This document shows, piece after piece, positions 33,131 through 42,589 of a stretch of DNA of 64,000 nucleotides (the stretch's first letter is position 1; each line of letters begins with the position of its first letter). The translations under genes were made by a program, and so were the position numbers. Where the stretch lies: NCBI GenBank assembly GCA_036679065.1, contig JAZIGN010000003.1, positions 480,001-544,000 on the forward strand, written 5' to 3'. Under the pieces are notes generated by a model. That model searched no databases, was not told the origin of the DNA, and saw only the letters and a program-made list of their open reading frames with translations. The DNA comes from Coprothermobacterota bacterium (GTDB taxonomy: Bacteria; Coprothermobacterota; Coprothermobacteria; Coprothermobacterales; Coprothermobacteraceae).

Positions 33131-34624
33131 CTAGAAACGCTTAAGGACCTCATTAAGAAGTCTTGTAAGTTCTTCGGACTCCTTTTCAAGTTGTTTGCGA
33201 AGCGACAAGGCCATTTCCTTGTTCCCATCTTCGTACGCTTTTTTCAGTTGAGCAGCCGTGCTGTGTAGTTTTTCATGTGCTTCACCGATGCGTGGCCATA
33301 GATCTTCGTATTGAGATCTCGGTGTGGCCACGTCATAAAATAGCCCGAATATGCAGAAATGAGGGTCAACAATGGAGGTCCATACTTTCCCAGATGTTAT
33401 TGTGTCTAGGATTTGGTTTAGCCAATCTTTGTGGTATTGGACGGCTTCGGCAAACATTTGCTTAGTTTCTTCCTCGGTAAGAGCCTTGAAATCAAGGCAA
33501 CTTAACATGCCATCTCTGAGCCGGGTTGCCGCAGTGGAATTCTGTTTGTACACAGTCTGCAAGTGCCTTTGCAGTTGTGTCATGGCATTCTTCAGAGCTT
33601 CCGAAAGCTCGGCAACTTTGGCCGTGTCTTCCGCTAACGATTGAACAGTTATGGCAGCTTGGGAAGTTGCTCTATCCTGTTCTTTTACGTTATTACTCAC
33701 TTCAGCCACAGAACTTGAAATTTCCTGCACGCTAGAGAGTATGACGTTGAGGCTGTTAGAAAGAACTCTTGTGGTATCGCCCATGTTGGTGATTAACTCT
33801 AATACGGTTTGCACGGATTCTACTGCTGAGCCAACAGTATTTGAAAAGTTCTTTAGCTGAGTTGCGATTTCTTCAGCTGCGTCCTTACTTTTTTCTGCCA
33901 GTTTTCTTACTTCATCAGCAACTACTGCAAAGCCTTTTCCAGCTTCTCCAGCTCTTGCCGCCTCAATAGCGGCATTTAGTGCCAAAAGGTTTGTTTGTTC
34001 CGAAATATCTGAAATAGCTTCAACTATGCCAGAAATATGTTGGGAGAGATTTTCCAATTGATCAATTTCCTGCTGTACCGAAGTAACTTTGGAAAAAACT
34101 TGATCGAAACTTTCAATGGTATTAGAAATGTTCTTGATTTGTTCTTCTACGTGTTCCTTTATTCTTTGAGATAGCCCGTCCAGTTGAACAGTGCTATCGT
34201 ACACATTACTGCTTGAAGCTGCCAGTTCCTCAGTACTAGCACTTAACTCTTCCCCACTTGCTGCCAGCGCTTGTACTTTGTCTGCTATCTCTTCTGCCGC
34301 TTCCATATTTCCATAAGCGAGCTTCATAGAATCCTCCAGCAGAAACTGTGCCTGGTGAACGTTGGACGTGGCATCTCTGAAGGCGAAGAATGTATCTCTC
34401 ACAAACAATCTGATTTTTTGGACTAGTTTGTCAAGGGAGTCCAAGAAACGACTCCAAAACGTGGTAGTTACTGGCTTGTGCAGAGTTAAATCCAGATTAC
34501 CAAGGTAGTTGAAATAAGTGGAAATGTCTTTCGGTACTCTTTGTTTCCAAATCAAAAACCCTAACAATAAGCCAAACGCTAATCCAACTAACAAACTTAC
34601 GAGAATCATAAGATTACCGTTCAC
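33131..34624 (-). CDS. Methyl-accepting chemotaxis-type receptor with C-terminal CZB zinc-binding domain
   Basis: [39 protein letters not shown]-terminal HKDW..CIFGLFY..HEKLH; start probably GTG 34624. Confidence 0.9.
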   Translation of the reverse strand: MNGNLMILVSLLVGLAFGLLLGFLIWKQRVPKDISTYFNYLGNLDLTLHKPVTTTFWSRFLDSLDKLVQKIRLFVRDTFFAFRDATSNVHQAQFLLEDSMKLAYGNMEAAEEIADKVQALAASGEELSASTEELAASSSNVYDSTVQLDGLSQRIKEHVEEQIKNISNTIESFDQVFSKVTSVQQEIDQLENLSQHISGIVEAISDISEQTNLLALNAAIEAARAGEAGKGFAVVADEVRKLAEKSKDAAEEIATQLKNFSNTVGSAVESVQTVLELITNMGDTTRVLSNSLNVILSSVQEISSSVAEVSNNVKEQDRATSQAAITVQSLAEDTAKVAELSEALKNAMTQLQRHLQTVYKQNSTAATRLRDGMLSCLDFKALTEEETKQMFAEAVQYHKDWLNQILDTITSGKVWTSIVDPHFCIFGLFYDVATPRSQYEDLWPRIGEAHEKLHSTAAQLKKAYEDGNKEMALSLRKQLEKESEELTRLLNEVLKRF

Positions 34625-34642
34625 ATACACCCCTCCCACATA

Positions 34643-34918
34643 TTAAAATTTCACTATAAAACTTTTGTATTGCCCTGTATAAGGTTGGTATTCAACGTCC
34701 ACACGTTCTACAATAGCACTGCTTGGTCCGTGGTGTAACCAGTTTAGAAACTCCTTGAGTTCTTCTTCTGGCCCCTCTGCGACTACTTCAATAGTGCCAT
34801 TGGGTAAATTTCTTATATAACCTGTTATGTTGCCGATTTTATCGGCCATTCTTACGGCAGAGTATCTAAAACCAACCCCTTGTACATAACCTCTTACAAT
34901 GGCCCTAAAAGCTTTCAT
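34643..34918 (-). CDS. acyP: Acylphosphatase
   Basis: VRGYVQGVGFR, GYIRNLPNGTIEVVAEG, GPSSA. Confidence 0.95.
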   Translation of the reverse strand: MKAFRAIVRGYVQGVGFRYSAVRMADKIGNITGYIRNLPNGTIEVVAEGPEEELKEFLNWLHHGPSSAIVERVDVEYQPYTGQYKSFIVKF

Positions 34919-36242
34919 GTTCCAATTCCTCTACGTGGTCTTTCTGCCAGAGCAGTACTACGGGGGTCATGGATTCATCGTTACCCGCAGGGTTGTCCGA
35001 TAAGGCACCTTCAATCCATCTTTTGTCTAACCCTTTGCAGCATTCTACTACTTCAGCTCCGAATACTGAGTTAACATCAACAATGGCAAAAGGTATGTTT
35101 TGGCTACATAGCTGCGATGTGAAGACCTTTGCATTCAATGGGCCAGGTACCAAGCAGCTATCGTAAGGTGCTATTTTGTCGCTGTCTACTGCTTTGGCTA
35201 CTGGTCCTATGACTCTGTAAAACCATCCAGATTGCCCGAAAAGCTTTCCAATAGCAGCTATCAAGGTGCCAAACAGTACAGGAATGGTACCACTGAGCTC
35301 CAAATATGCTTGCAATTTCCAATCGGCAACTATGGGATATGTATAGAAGTGGATCAATGGACCTTTCGCGTGCTCCGTAAATGGGCCCAGAGTTCGTGCA
35401 AGCCAGCAAGGTTTAAACGTGCCTGCCCAAAGGAGGGTTCCTTGCATAATAGTCAGAACTGAAGAAGCCAATGTAATAATCGCATCTGGATGAAGCTCAT
35501 GGATAGCCTTTATTAAGGTTTCAGGGTCAGTATCTTCTTTTAGAAGCCCTGCGTTTAATGGTTTTCTAACGGCGTTTTCTACCTGAGGTTTCTTCTTTTT
35601 GTAGTAAGGAACTTCTAAGTTCAGTTCTTCGGCTACTCTGGTCAAAATAGGATCTTCTCGGTACAGATACATGCACACGTTGAGCGTTTCTTGAGCTCTT
35701 TCTTTTTCGCCCTTCTTGTAAAGAAGTTTTATGTAGTCGGCCATTTGTGATTGCCTAAAATTATCCACATCCAGCTCAGCCCATTTTTCTAAGAATTCTG
35801 CGTCTTTCGTTACCATGTACAGTCGTTTAAGAAGATTCCTCGCTGGGTTGTCCCATTCTCGGGCAGTATTCCAATCTACTTTTTCAAAAGCGCTTTGCCA
35901 TGCATCCAGAGCACCGCCAACATCATTTAGAAAGTAATATCTAATATCTCCTAAGTAAATTTCTTCCCACATATTTGACGGTCTTTGGTATAAAGCTTCT
36001 GCCTTTTTTGGGTTTTCTCTTAGATATAGTGTGGCTAAAAGCCTCTTGCATCTGTAATAGTTGTTCCTCTGGACTTTCTTTTCCAATATTTCCATTGCCA
36101 AGTCGGACCGATTGTTCAAAACAAGGTAAATCGCTCCCCAGAAGCTAGTGTAATCATTACCTGGATCCCATGAGAAAAGTGCCATGGCTTTGCGTTTGAA
36201 ACCGAAAAAATCCAAAATCCTACCTAGAAAATTGATCACCAT
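34905..36242 (-). CDS. TPR-like helical N-terminus fused to a CofE-like (F420-0:gamma-glutamyl ligase family) domain
   Basis: C-terminal half has KPCWLARTL, GKLFGQSGWFYRVIG..KAVD, PYD..VPGP, AIVDVNS, DNPAGN...TPVVLL, the bacterial CofE-like pattern. Confidence 0.65.
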   Translation of the reverse strand: MVINFLGRILDFFGFKRKAMALFSWDPGNDYTSFWGAIYLVLNNRSDLAMEILEKKVQRNNYYRCKRLLATLYLRENPKKAEALYQRPSNMWEEIYLGDIRYYFLNDVGGALDAWQSAFEKVDWNTAREWDNPARNLLKRLYMVTKDAEFLEKWAELDVDNFRQSQMADYIKLLYKKGEKERAQETLNVCMYLYREDPILTRVAEELNLEVPYYKKKKPQVENAVRKPLNAGLLKEDTDPETLIKAIHELHPDAIITLASSVLTIMQGTLLWAGTFKPCWLARTLGPFTEHAKGPLIHFYTYPIVADWKLQAYLELSGTIPVLFGTLIAAIGKLFGQSGWFYRVIGPVAKAVDSDKIAPYDSCLVPGPLNAKVFTSQLCSQNIPFAIVDVNSVFGAEVVECCKGLDKRWIEGALSDNPAGNDESMTPVVLLWQKDHVEELEHESF

Positions 36243-36283
36243 ATGTTCTTATTTTATCAGCGGTCTTGTATATAATAGTAGCC

Positions 36284-37474
36284 ATGGTTCGATTGATTTC
36301 CAAGGATGTTGACCTTAGGGAGCTCTTAAATCAGATTGGCAGCGATCCTGCCAGCTATGGCATCTTCCTTGATAAAGATAGTCACCTTCGAGTGTGGATT
36401 GACGAAGTGTATTATCCAGCGGCTTCGGTGATAAAACAAGAGTGTCTTTCCTGTGGGGCTGATGCCGCTGTCCATAAACATGTCATCACTGGAAAGGTTG
36501 AAAAATCTTCGGTGCTCATATTGGCAAATGTGCGGCAGCTCAAATGCCTAGTTGACAAACTTAGAAGGATGCCATACTGGGGTCTTAATCAAATTGCCGA
36601 CGAAATTAAGTCTGTCCTCGAGGACAGAGAGGCTAGGACTTTTGTTTTGACAATGCCAAATGGGACTCTAGAGCTTAGAAGAACTAAAGTAATGACCATA
36701 TTGAACGCTACACCTGACTCTTTCTTCCCTGGTTCTCGAGTGGATCTTCACACAGGACTGGAGCGCGCCGTAGATGCTGAGGAAAATGGGGCGGCTTTCA
36801 TTGACATAGGAGGAGCAAGCACAAGACCTGGTGCTGCAGAGATTGGCGAAGATGAGGAGCTAAGACGTGTAATCCCGTTGCTCCGTCAAGTACGAGAACG
36901 CGTGAAGCTTTTCATTTCTGTTGATACGTACCGTGCAGAAGTAGCAAAACAAGCTTTGGAGAACGGTGCAGACCTAATCAATGACATTTACGGGTTGCAG
37001 TTTGACAAAGAAATGGCCAACGTCATTGCTGATTACGGTGTGCCGGTGGTAATAATGCACATGAGAGGGACTCCAGCTACTATGCAGGAGTACGCTTCTT
37101 ACGATGATCTGATGAAGGAATTACATACGTATTTTGTTGAACGGGTTGAATACGCGCTGAGTAAGGGGATTAAGGAAAACCAAATAATCCTTGACCCAGG
37201 CATTGGGTTTGCAAAGTTGCCTGAACATAACTTAGAAGTTTTGCGTCGCATCGAGGAGCTATTCACACTGGGTTTTCCAGTGCTTGTGGGACACAGCCGG
37301 AAAAGTACAATGGGTAAAATCCTTGGAGGAGTACCTGCTGAGGAAAGGCTTTTCGGAACTGTAGCTTGGACCTCCTACCTGACGTGGAAAGGCGTCCACA
37401 TCGTTCGTGTCCATGATACAAAGCCTAATGTGGATGCCGTCAAGGCTGTCGAGGCTATAAGAGAAGGAATTTAA
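36284..37474 (+). CDS. folP: Dihydropteroate synthase with N-terminal dihydropteroate-reductase-like domain
   Basis: ILNATPDSF, GGASTRPG, SVDTYR, DPGIGFAK, GHSRKS, IVRVHD; about 130-aa N-terminal extension (IKQECLSCGADAA). Confidence 0.95.
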   Translation: MVRLISKDVDLRELLNQIGSDPASYGIFLDKDSHLRVWIDEVYYPAASVIKQECLSCGADAAVHKHVITGKVEKSSVLILANVRQLKCLVDKLRRMPYWGLNQIADEIKSVLEDREARTFVLTMPNGTLELRRTKVMTILNATPDSFFPGSRVDLHTGLERAVDAEENGAAFIDIGGASTRPGAAEIGEDEELRRVIPLLRQVRERVKLFISVDTYRAEVAKQALENGADLINDIYGLQFDKEMANVIADYGVPVVIMHMRGTPATMQEYASYDDLMKELHTYFVERVEYALSKGIKENQIILDPGIGFAKLPEHNLEVLRRIEELFTLGFPVLVGHSRKSTMGKILGGVPAEERLFGTVAWTSYLTWKGVHIVRVHDTKPNVDAVKAVEAIREGI

Positions 37475-37479
37475 CCGTC

Positions 37480-39033
37480 ATGGCAACCGTTTATGTTTCT
37501 TTTGGTTCTAACTTAGGGGATAGAGCTTCTCACATAAGAAATGCAATTGATTTAACCTCTGAATTTATAAGTTGGCAGTTCATAACACCGATGGTAGAGA
37601 CAGCACCATATGGCAAAGTTGATCAGCCTACTTTTCTGAACGCTGTAGGAAAAGGTGATACAGGACTGACGCCTGAAGAACTCTTGAGGGCGCTCTTGGA
37701 TGTGGAGAAAAAGCTTGGTAGAACAAGAGAAATTCGCTGGGGGCCTCGCATAATAGACCTCGACATATTAACCTATGATAATCTTGTTTTGCACAGCGAA
37801 GTTTTGACTGTGCCTCATCCTGATCTTCACAACAGAGATTTTCTTTTGAAGCTTCTCTGTCAGTTTTTTCCTGAGTGGTCTCATCCAGTACTTAAGAAAA
37901 ACGCTTGTGAACTACTCGACGACTTAACCACGCGCATGCCAACAAGTTTTAAGAACGAAAATTTGCGGAGAGTTTTAGGGGCTCTGGGCAATCCCCACGA
38001 AAAAGTAAAAACCATATATGTTACAGGTTCTTCTGGAAAAGGTTCAGTAGCCGCCATGGTTGCAGCGCTTTTTAACAATAATGTAGGTCTTTTCTTGTCT
38101 CCCTTTGTTTGTACGTCGGCGGAGATGGTTATGATCGACGGAAAGCAAGCAGACCTAAGCAGTTTAAAGCAGCAAGTTCTCTCCGTGGCTAAAGATCTTA
38201 ATGTGGAACTGACCCCGTTTGAAGTGCTTACTGGTGCGGCTTACTTGGCTTTCGAAAAGGCGAAAAAAGAGTGGGCCGTGGTTGAAACAGGTATTGAATC
38301 ACAGCACGACGCAACAAACGTAAAAAAACACGATATAAGTGTGGTAACAGCCTTAGGTATGGATCACTTTGACCTGTTTCCTGATTATGATTTCTACTTA
38401 AGGGAACTTCTCAATAGTCTATCAGGTCCAGTAATCTCGTTGGAACCTTTGCCAGGTGTGGATGCTGACGTTGTGGTTCAGGCAAAATACGGCATTGAAG
38501 ATTCTCAAATTACGCTGGATGGCACACAAGCATACGTGACTGGAATGGGGACAGTTCGGACACGGATGCTTGGTTTGCATCAAATATGGAACGCCCTGCT
38601 CGCTGGAGAAGCTTATAGAGCAGCTACCGGTAAAGAACCTGAGTTTTCATTATTGAGTGATGTTGTGTTGCCTGCACGGATACAAGTAGTCAGGAAAGAT
38701 CCACTTCTCATTGTTGACGGTGGGCATAATGCACCTGCTTTCAAGAGTCTGGTTGAAACGATCAACGATCTTGGAGTAAACCCAATGCGTATCATTCTGG
38801 GTTTGGTTAAGGGGAAAGACCATGAAGTGGCGTTGAGTTATTTGAAAAGGCTTGGTGGTCAGATCTTTTACTACCCACCGTTTTCTGACCGCGCTTTAAC
38901 TGAGTTGCCTGGAATACCTACGCTGCCTAATCTTTACGAAGCTTTAGAGGAACCAACGCCGACTTTAGTAGCAGGCTCTTTCTACTTAGCTGGTCCTGTT
39001 TTAAGGTATTTCAATGCATGCCATCTAGGTTAA
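37480..39033 (+). CDS. folK: FolK (HPPK)-FolC (dihydrofolate/folylpolyglutamate synthase) fusion
   Basis: N-terminal GSNLGDR, FLNAV, RWGPRIIDLDIL, PHPDLHNRDF; C-terminal VTGSSGKGS, TPFEVLT, VVETG..DATNV, VDGGHN, AGSFYLAG. Confidence 0.9.
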   Translation: MATVYVSFGSNLGDRASHIRNAIDLTSEFISWQFITPMVETAPYGKVDQPTFLNAVGKGDTGLTPEELLRALLDVEKKLGRTREIRWGPRIIDLDILTYDNLVLHSEVLTVPHPDLHNRDFLLKLLCQFFPEWSHPVLKKNACELLDDLTTRMPTSFKNENLRRVLGALGNPHEKVKTIYVTGSSGKGSVAAMVAALFNNNVGLFLSPFVCTSAEMVMIDGKQADLSSLKQQVLSVAKDLNVELTPFEVLTGAAYLAFEKAKKEWAVVETGIESQHDATNVKKHDISVVTALGMDHFDLFPDYDFYLRELLNSLSGPVISLEPLPGVDADVVVQAKYGIEDSQITLDGTQAYVTGMGTVRTRMLGLHQIWNALLAGEAYRAATGKEPEFSLLSDVVLPARIQVVRKDPLLIVDGGHNAPAFKSLVETINDLGVNPMRIILGLVKGKDHEVALSYLKRLGGQIFYYPPFSDRALTELPGIPTLPNLYEALEEPTPTLVAGSFYLAGPVLRYFNACHLG

Positions 39034-39476
39034 ACTCCTGAGCTTCCAAGCCCTCTAGTCCCTCGTTCTGAAGACTGTTCAAATTCTTCTAGTGTTCCCT
39101 GAAATGGTGTGGGCTCTAAGTTCATAAAAGGCAGTACTATGAGCTGTGCAATCTTTGTTCCTTTGGGTATTTTCACGTCTTCGTCTTTAAGGTTGAGGAG
39201 TATGAGTTTTATTTCTCCCCTATAATCCTCGTCTATGATTCCAGGGGAGTTAGCTAAGGTAATGCCCCATCTTATGGGAGTACTTGAGCGCGGTACAACT
39301 AGTCCAAAAGAGCCCTCTGGCAATGCTACTCTTAACCCTGTGGAGGCTACTACGATGCCGCGTGCTGGAATGTATTCCTCCTGTGCTAAAGGAACGTCAA
39401 ATCCTGCACTTTGACGGGTGGCTTTAACCAATTGTTCCCCGAAGTAAGCAAGCTCTTTCATATTCTTATCATGCAT
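39030..39476 (-). CDS. dut: dUTP diphosphatase
   Basis: SAGFD, PRSS, NSPGIIDEDYRGEI, AQLI, RGTRGLGSSG. Confidence 0.95.
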   Translation of the reverse strand: MHDKNMKELAYFGEQLVKATRQSAGFDVPLAQEEYIPARGIVVASTGLRVALPEGSFGLVVPRSSTPIRWGITLANSPGIIDEDYRGEIKLILLNLKDEDVKIPKGTKIAQLIVLPFMNLEPTPFQGTLEEFEQSSERGTRGLGSSGV

Positions 39477-39506
39477 ATTTCTATATTATCGCTGTAAAAT
39501 GTAAAG

Positions 39507-41510
39507 GTGCAACATACGTTTAAAAAAATCTGCGTCTTATTAGTCTTTCTACTCCTTTTGCCGTTGCAGGCAAAAGCGGATATTGTTTTCTCTGTGCACG
39601 CCAACAATCCACCTTTTGTGTATGTTGAAGGCAAAGAACTAAAGGGATTTGCGGTGGATCTGGCCAAAGAAATTGGAAAGGTGCTAAACGAAAAGGTGGA
39701 TTTTCTACCTACCTCGTATCAGAGCGAAGCGATTGAAGCAGTGAAAGATGGAAGAGCAGATGCTGTACTTGTTATGGGATTCTACGAAGGTGCAGGTAAC
39801 TCCTTGGTGCCAACTGATCCTTACTTCTATCCGTATTATGTGATGGCTGTAAGGAAGGGATCCAACCTCAAACTAGATGACTTGAAACAAAAATCGGTGG
39901 CAGTGGTTGGAGGGAGTGCACTTGAGTCGTACTTGATTTCCAATGGGTTTAAAAATGTCGTGTCGCTTGCGAGTCATGAAGAAGTCTTAGAAGCACTTGA
40001 AAGCGGACAAGTTGACGGTGCTTTCATGGTAGAGCAGTCTTATGGCTACTTAACCGAGAAGCTTGAGATTAGTGACACCATACTTCTGCCGGAAAAGGTT
40101 CAGTTAGCCCAGTATGCCATTGGCGTTAGCGAAAAAAACAGTATCCTTCGCGTTCGGCTGAACGATGCGATTAGGCAGCTCCAAGTTTCTGGAGTATACG
40201 ATCAGCTTGTAGAACGCTGGCTTGGAAAAAACGAGCTCAGCCCAGCTTTCGTTAATACGTTGGTACGGAATATTGCCATAGGAGCTGCTATTGGTGCCAT
40301 TGTTGTTGCTTTAGTTTTCTATTGGGTATTAAAAATGCTTCGATCCAACAGAAGAGAACTTGCAGCTGCGTATGAGCAGCTGGCTGCAGAAAATCAACAG
40401 CTTTTGGCGTCTTATGAGGAAATCTTGAACGCGAACAAAGAACTGGAAGATATGAGAGCCAAAGAAAAAAGCCTTTTAGGACTTATGGGGCAGCTGCGAC
40501 CAGATGTTGAGGACGAGTCTTTTTACAGTTACCTTCTGGAATTGGCTTTGTCTCTGGTTCCTGAGGCTCAAGCTGGTTCGATATTGGTAAGAGATGATGA
40601 TGGTTATGTGCGGTTCCGAGCAATCAGGGGCTATAGCTCCTTGTTAAGCACTCTGGACCTTAGACCTGAATGGGTCTACAGACCTCAGGGAGTGGAGGTG
40701 GTTAGAGAACTTCGAGACAGTGCTATGCCCCCAGAGATTGCTGCAGTATTTAGCAGTGCTAGACCTTCGCCCATTGTAGTATCTTTGGCTGCGCCCTTAA
40801 TTGTGAATAAGCAGTGGTATGGTTCAGTTTTTGTCGATAGTTTTGAGGAAGTAGATTTCAATGAACAATCCATTGAGTTATTTGATTCGTTAACCAGTTT
40901 AGCTAGTGCGTTTACAGCTTTGAAAGTTCACGAACGAACAGCAAACAGGTTCTTAAAGGAGATTATTCTCATTTTGGTGAAGACTTTGGAATACAGGGAT
41001 CCATACACGGCTGGTCATTCTGAAAGGGTAGCAAAGATAGCTTCTGATTTTGCTTCTTTTATTGGTTACACAGGAAGCACCTCCGAAGATATTTACTGGG
41101 CTGGTATCCTGCACGATATTGGGAAGGTGGGCGTACCTGACTTTGTTTTGAAGAAACCGGGGAGTTTGACGCCTGAGGAATACGCCGAGATGAAGAAACA
41201 CCCCGTGTTTTCTGAAGAAATTTTGGAAGGTAGTGAAACCCTTAGGAAATATGCTAAGTGGGTAGGATCACATCATGAGCGCTGGGACGGTAAAGGATAT
41301 CCCAAAGGGCTTGTGGGAGAGGAGATTCCATTGGAAGGTAGAATCTTGTCTCTGGCTGATTCCTTTGACGCTATGAGCACTGATAGACCTTACCGTAAAG
41401 GTAAGAATATTCAAGAATCTATCGAAGAGATTCTAAGGTGCAGCGGTACACAGTTTGATCCTTATCTAGCTACACAGTTTGCGCATTTCTTGAAGCGTTA
41501 CTTTCTGTAA
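39507..41510 (+). CDS. Membrane sensor: periplasmic binding (PBPb) + GAF-like + HD-GYP phosphodiesterase
   Basis: NPPFVY..GFAVDLAKEI; TM helix; RDPYTAGHSERV, LHDIGK, HHERWDGKGYPKGL, DRPYRK. Confidence 0.92.
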   Translation: MQHTFKKICVLLVFLLLLPLQAKADIVFSVHANNPPFVYVEGKELKGFAVDLAKEIGKVLNEKVDFLPTSYQSEAIEAVKDGRADAVLVMGFYEGAGNSLVPTDPYFYPYYVMAVRKGSNLKLDDLKQKSVAVVGGSALESYLISNGFKNVVSLASHEEVLEALESGQVDGAFMVEQSYGYLTEKLEISDTILLPEKVQLAQYAIGVSEKNSILRVRLNDAIRQLQVSGVYDQLVERWLGKNELSPAFVNTLVRNIAIGAAIGAIVVALVFYWVLKMLRSNRRELAAAYEQLAAENQQLLASYEEILNANKELEDMRAKEKSLLGLMGQLRPDVEDESFYSYLLELALSLVPEAQAGSILVRDDDGYVRFRAIRGYSSLLSTLDLRPEWVYRPQGVEVVRELRDSAMPPEIAAVFSSARPSPIVVSLAAPLIVNKQWYGSVFVDSFEEVDFNEQSIELFDSLTSLASAFTALKVHERTANRFLKEIILILVKTLEYRDPYTAGHSERVAKIASDFASFIGYTGSTSEDIYWAGILHDIGKVGVPDFVLKKPGSLTPEEYAEMKKHPVFSEEILEGSETLRKYAKWVGSHHERWDGKGYPKGLVGEEIPLEGRILSLADSFDAMSTDRPYRKGKNIQESIEEILRCSGTQFDPYLATQFAHFLKRYFL

Positions 41511-41542
41511 TTCTTGTTTGGTCAATGAAGGAGGATTTAGAA

Positions 41543-42589
41543 GTGTGGAATAAATGGGCTGAAGTATCCAAAATGAACTTGAAGAACAATGTGGAGCTCA
41601 TAAGGCAAAAACTACCTGACTTGGAACCCATTGCCGTGGTCAAAGACGATGCTTACGGTCATGATGCTGCTGTGGTTGTTCCAGAGCTTTTGAAAAATGG
41701 TATAACAAAGTTTGCAGTGGTTTATGCAAAAGATGCACTCATGTTGTCTGAGTTTGGAGCAGAATGGATATTAGTGTTGGACGATCCGCCTGTCTCCGGC
41801 ATGTGCTCTGAATATGAGAGAAGAGGTATTAGATTCTGCATAACAGATCCAAAATGGCTTAGAGACGGATTACTGGAATTGCCCATTAAGTTTCACCTTT
41901 TTGTGGACGTTGGGATGCACCGTGAAGGTGTACCGTGGTATGAAACAAATACGATAAAGGAAATATGTAAGGTCGTTGGCAATAGGTTGGAAGGCATTTG
42001 TTCGCATCTATCAAACGGACTGTCCGATTCACAGGTGCTGGCTACCGAAGAAGAAAGATTTAGAGATGTTTTAGGTATTGTTCCAGAGGGATTGATGGTG
42101 CATTTATCCAATTCTGCATCACTGTATAATGGTAGGTTTCCTTATGCGACTCATTTCAGACCTGGCATAGCGCTTTATGGCTATGGTTATCCTGGTTTAA
42201 AACCTGTGCTATCTCTAAAGGCTCGTGTCATTCACGAGCATGTCTTGGAATCTGGGGAAGGACTCTCATACGGTTGGACTTGGAGAGCAACAGAGCCCAC
42301 TCACGTTGTTACTGTTCCTGTGGGCTACGGCGATGGATATAACAGAAAACTAAGCAATAAGGCAATTGCCGGTTCTAAAGCTGGTAGCCTTCAGCAGATA
42401 GGGACAGTGACAATGGATTTTACAATGTTTGAAGCTCCGAAGAATATTACAGTAGGTGATGAGATTGTTCTCATGGGTGAGTGGGAAGGAGGGCATTTCT
42501 GGGCCGATGAGATGGCGCAGCTTATAGGGACTATTCCCTATGAGGTTTTGACAAGCATTAATCCAAGAATACCCAGAGTACTTGTATGA
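41543..42589 (+). CDS. alr: Alanine racemase
   Basis: AVVKDDAYGH, DVGMHREG, RPGIALYG, SYG, GYGDG, TMD, GTIPYE; GTG start after AAGGAGG. Confidence 0.93.
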   Translation: MWNKWAEVSKMNLKNNVELIRQKLPDLEPIAVVKDDAYGHDAAVVVPELLKNGITKFAVVYAKDALMLSEFGAEWILVLDDPPVSGMCSEYERRGIRFCITDPKWLRDGLLELPIKFHLFVDVGMHREGVPWYETNTIKEICKVVGNRLEGICSHLSNGLSDSQVLATEEERFRDVLGIVPEGLMVHLSNSASLYNGRFPYATHFRPGIALYGYGYPGLKPVLSLKARVIHEHVLESGEGLSYGWTWRATEPTHVVTVPVGYGDGYNRKLSNKAIAGSKAGSLQQIGTVTMDFTMFEAPKNITVGDEIVLMGEWEGGHFWADEMAQLIGTIPYEVLTSINPRIPRVLV

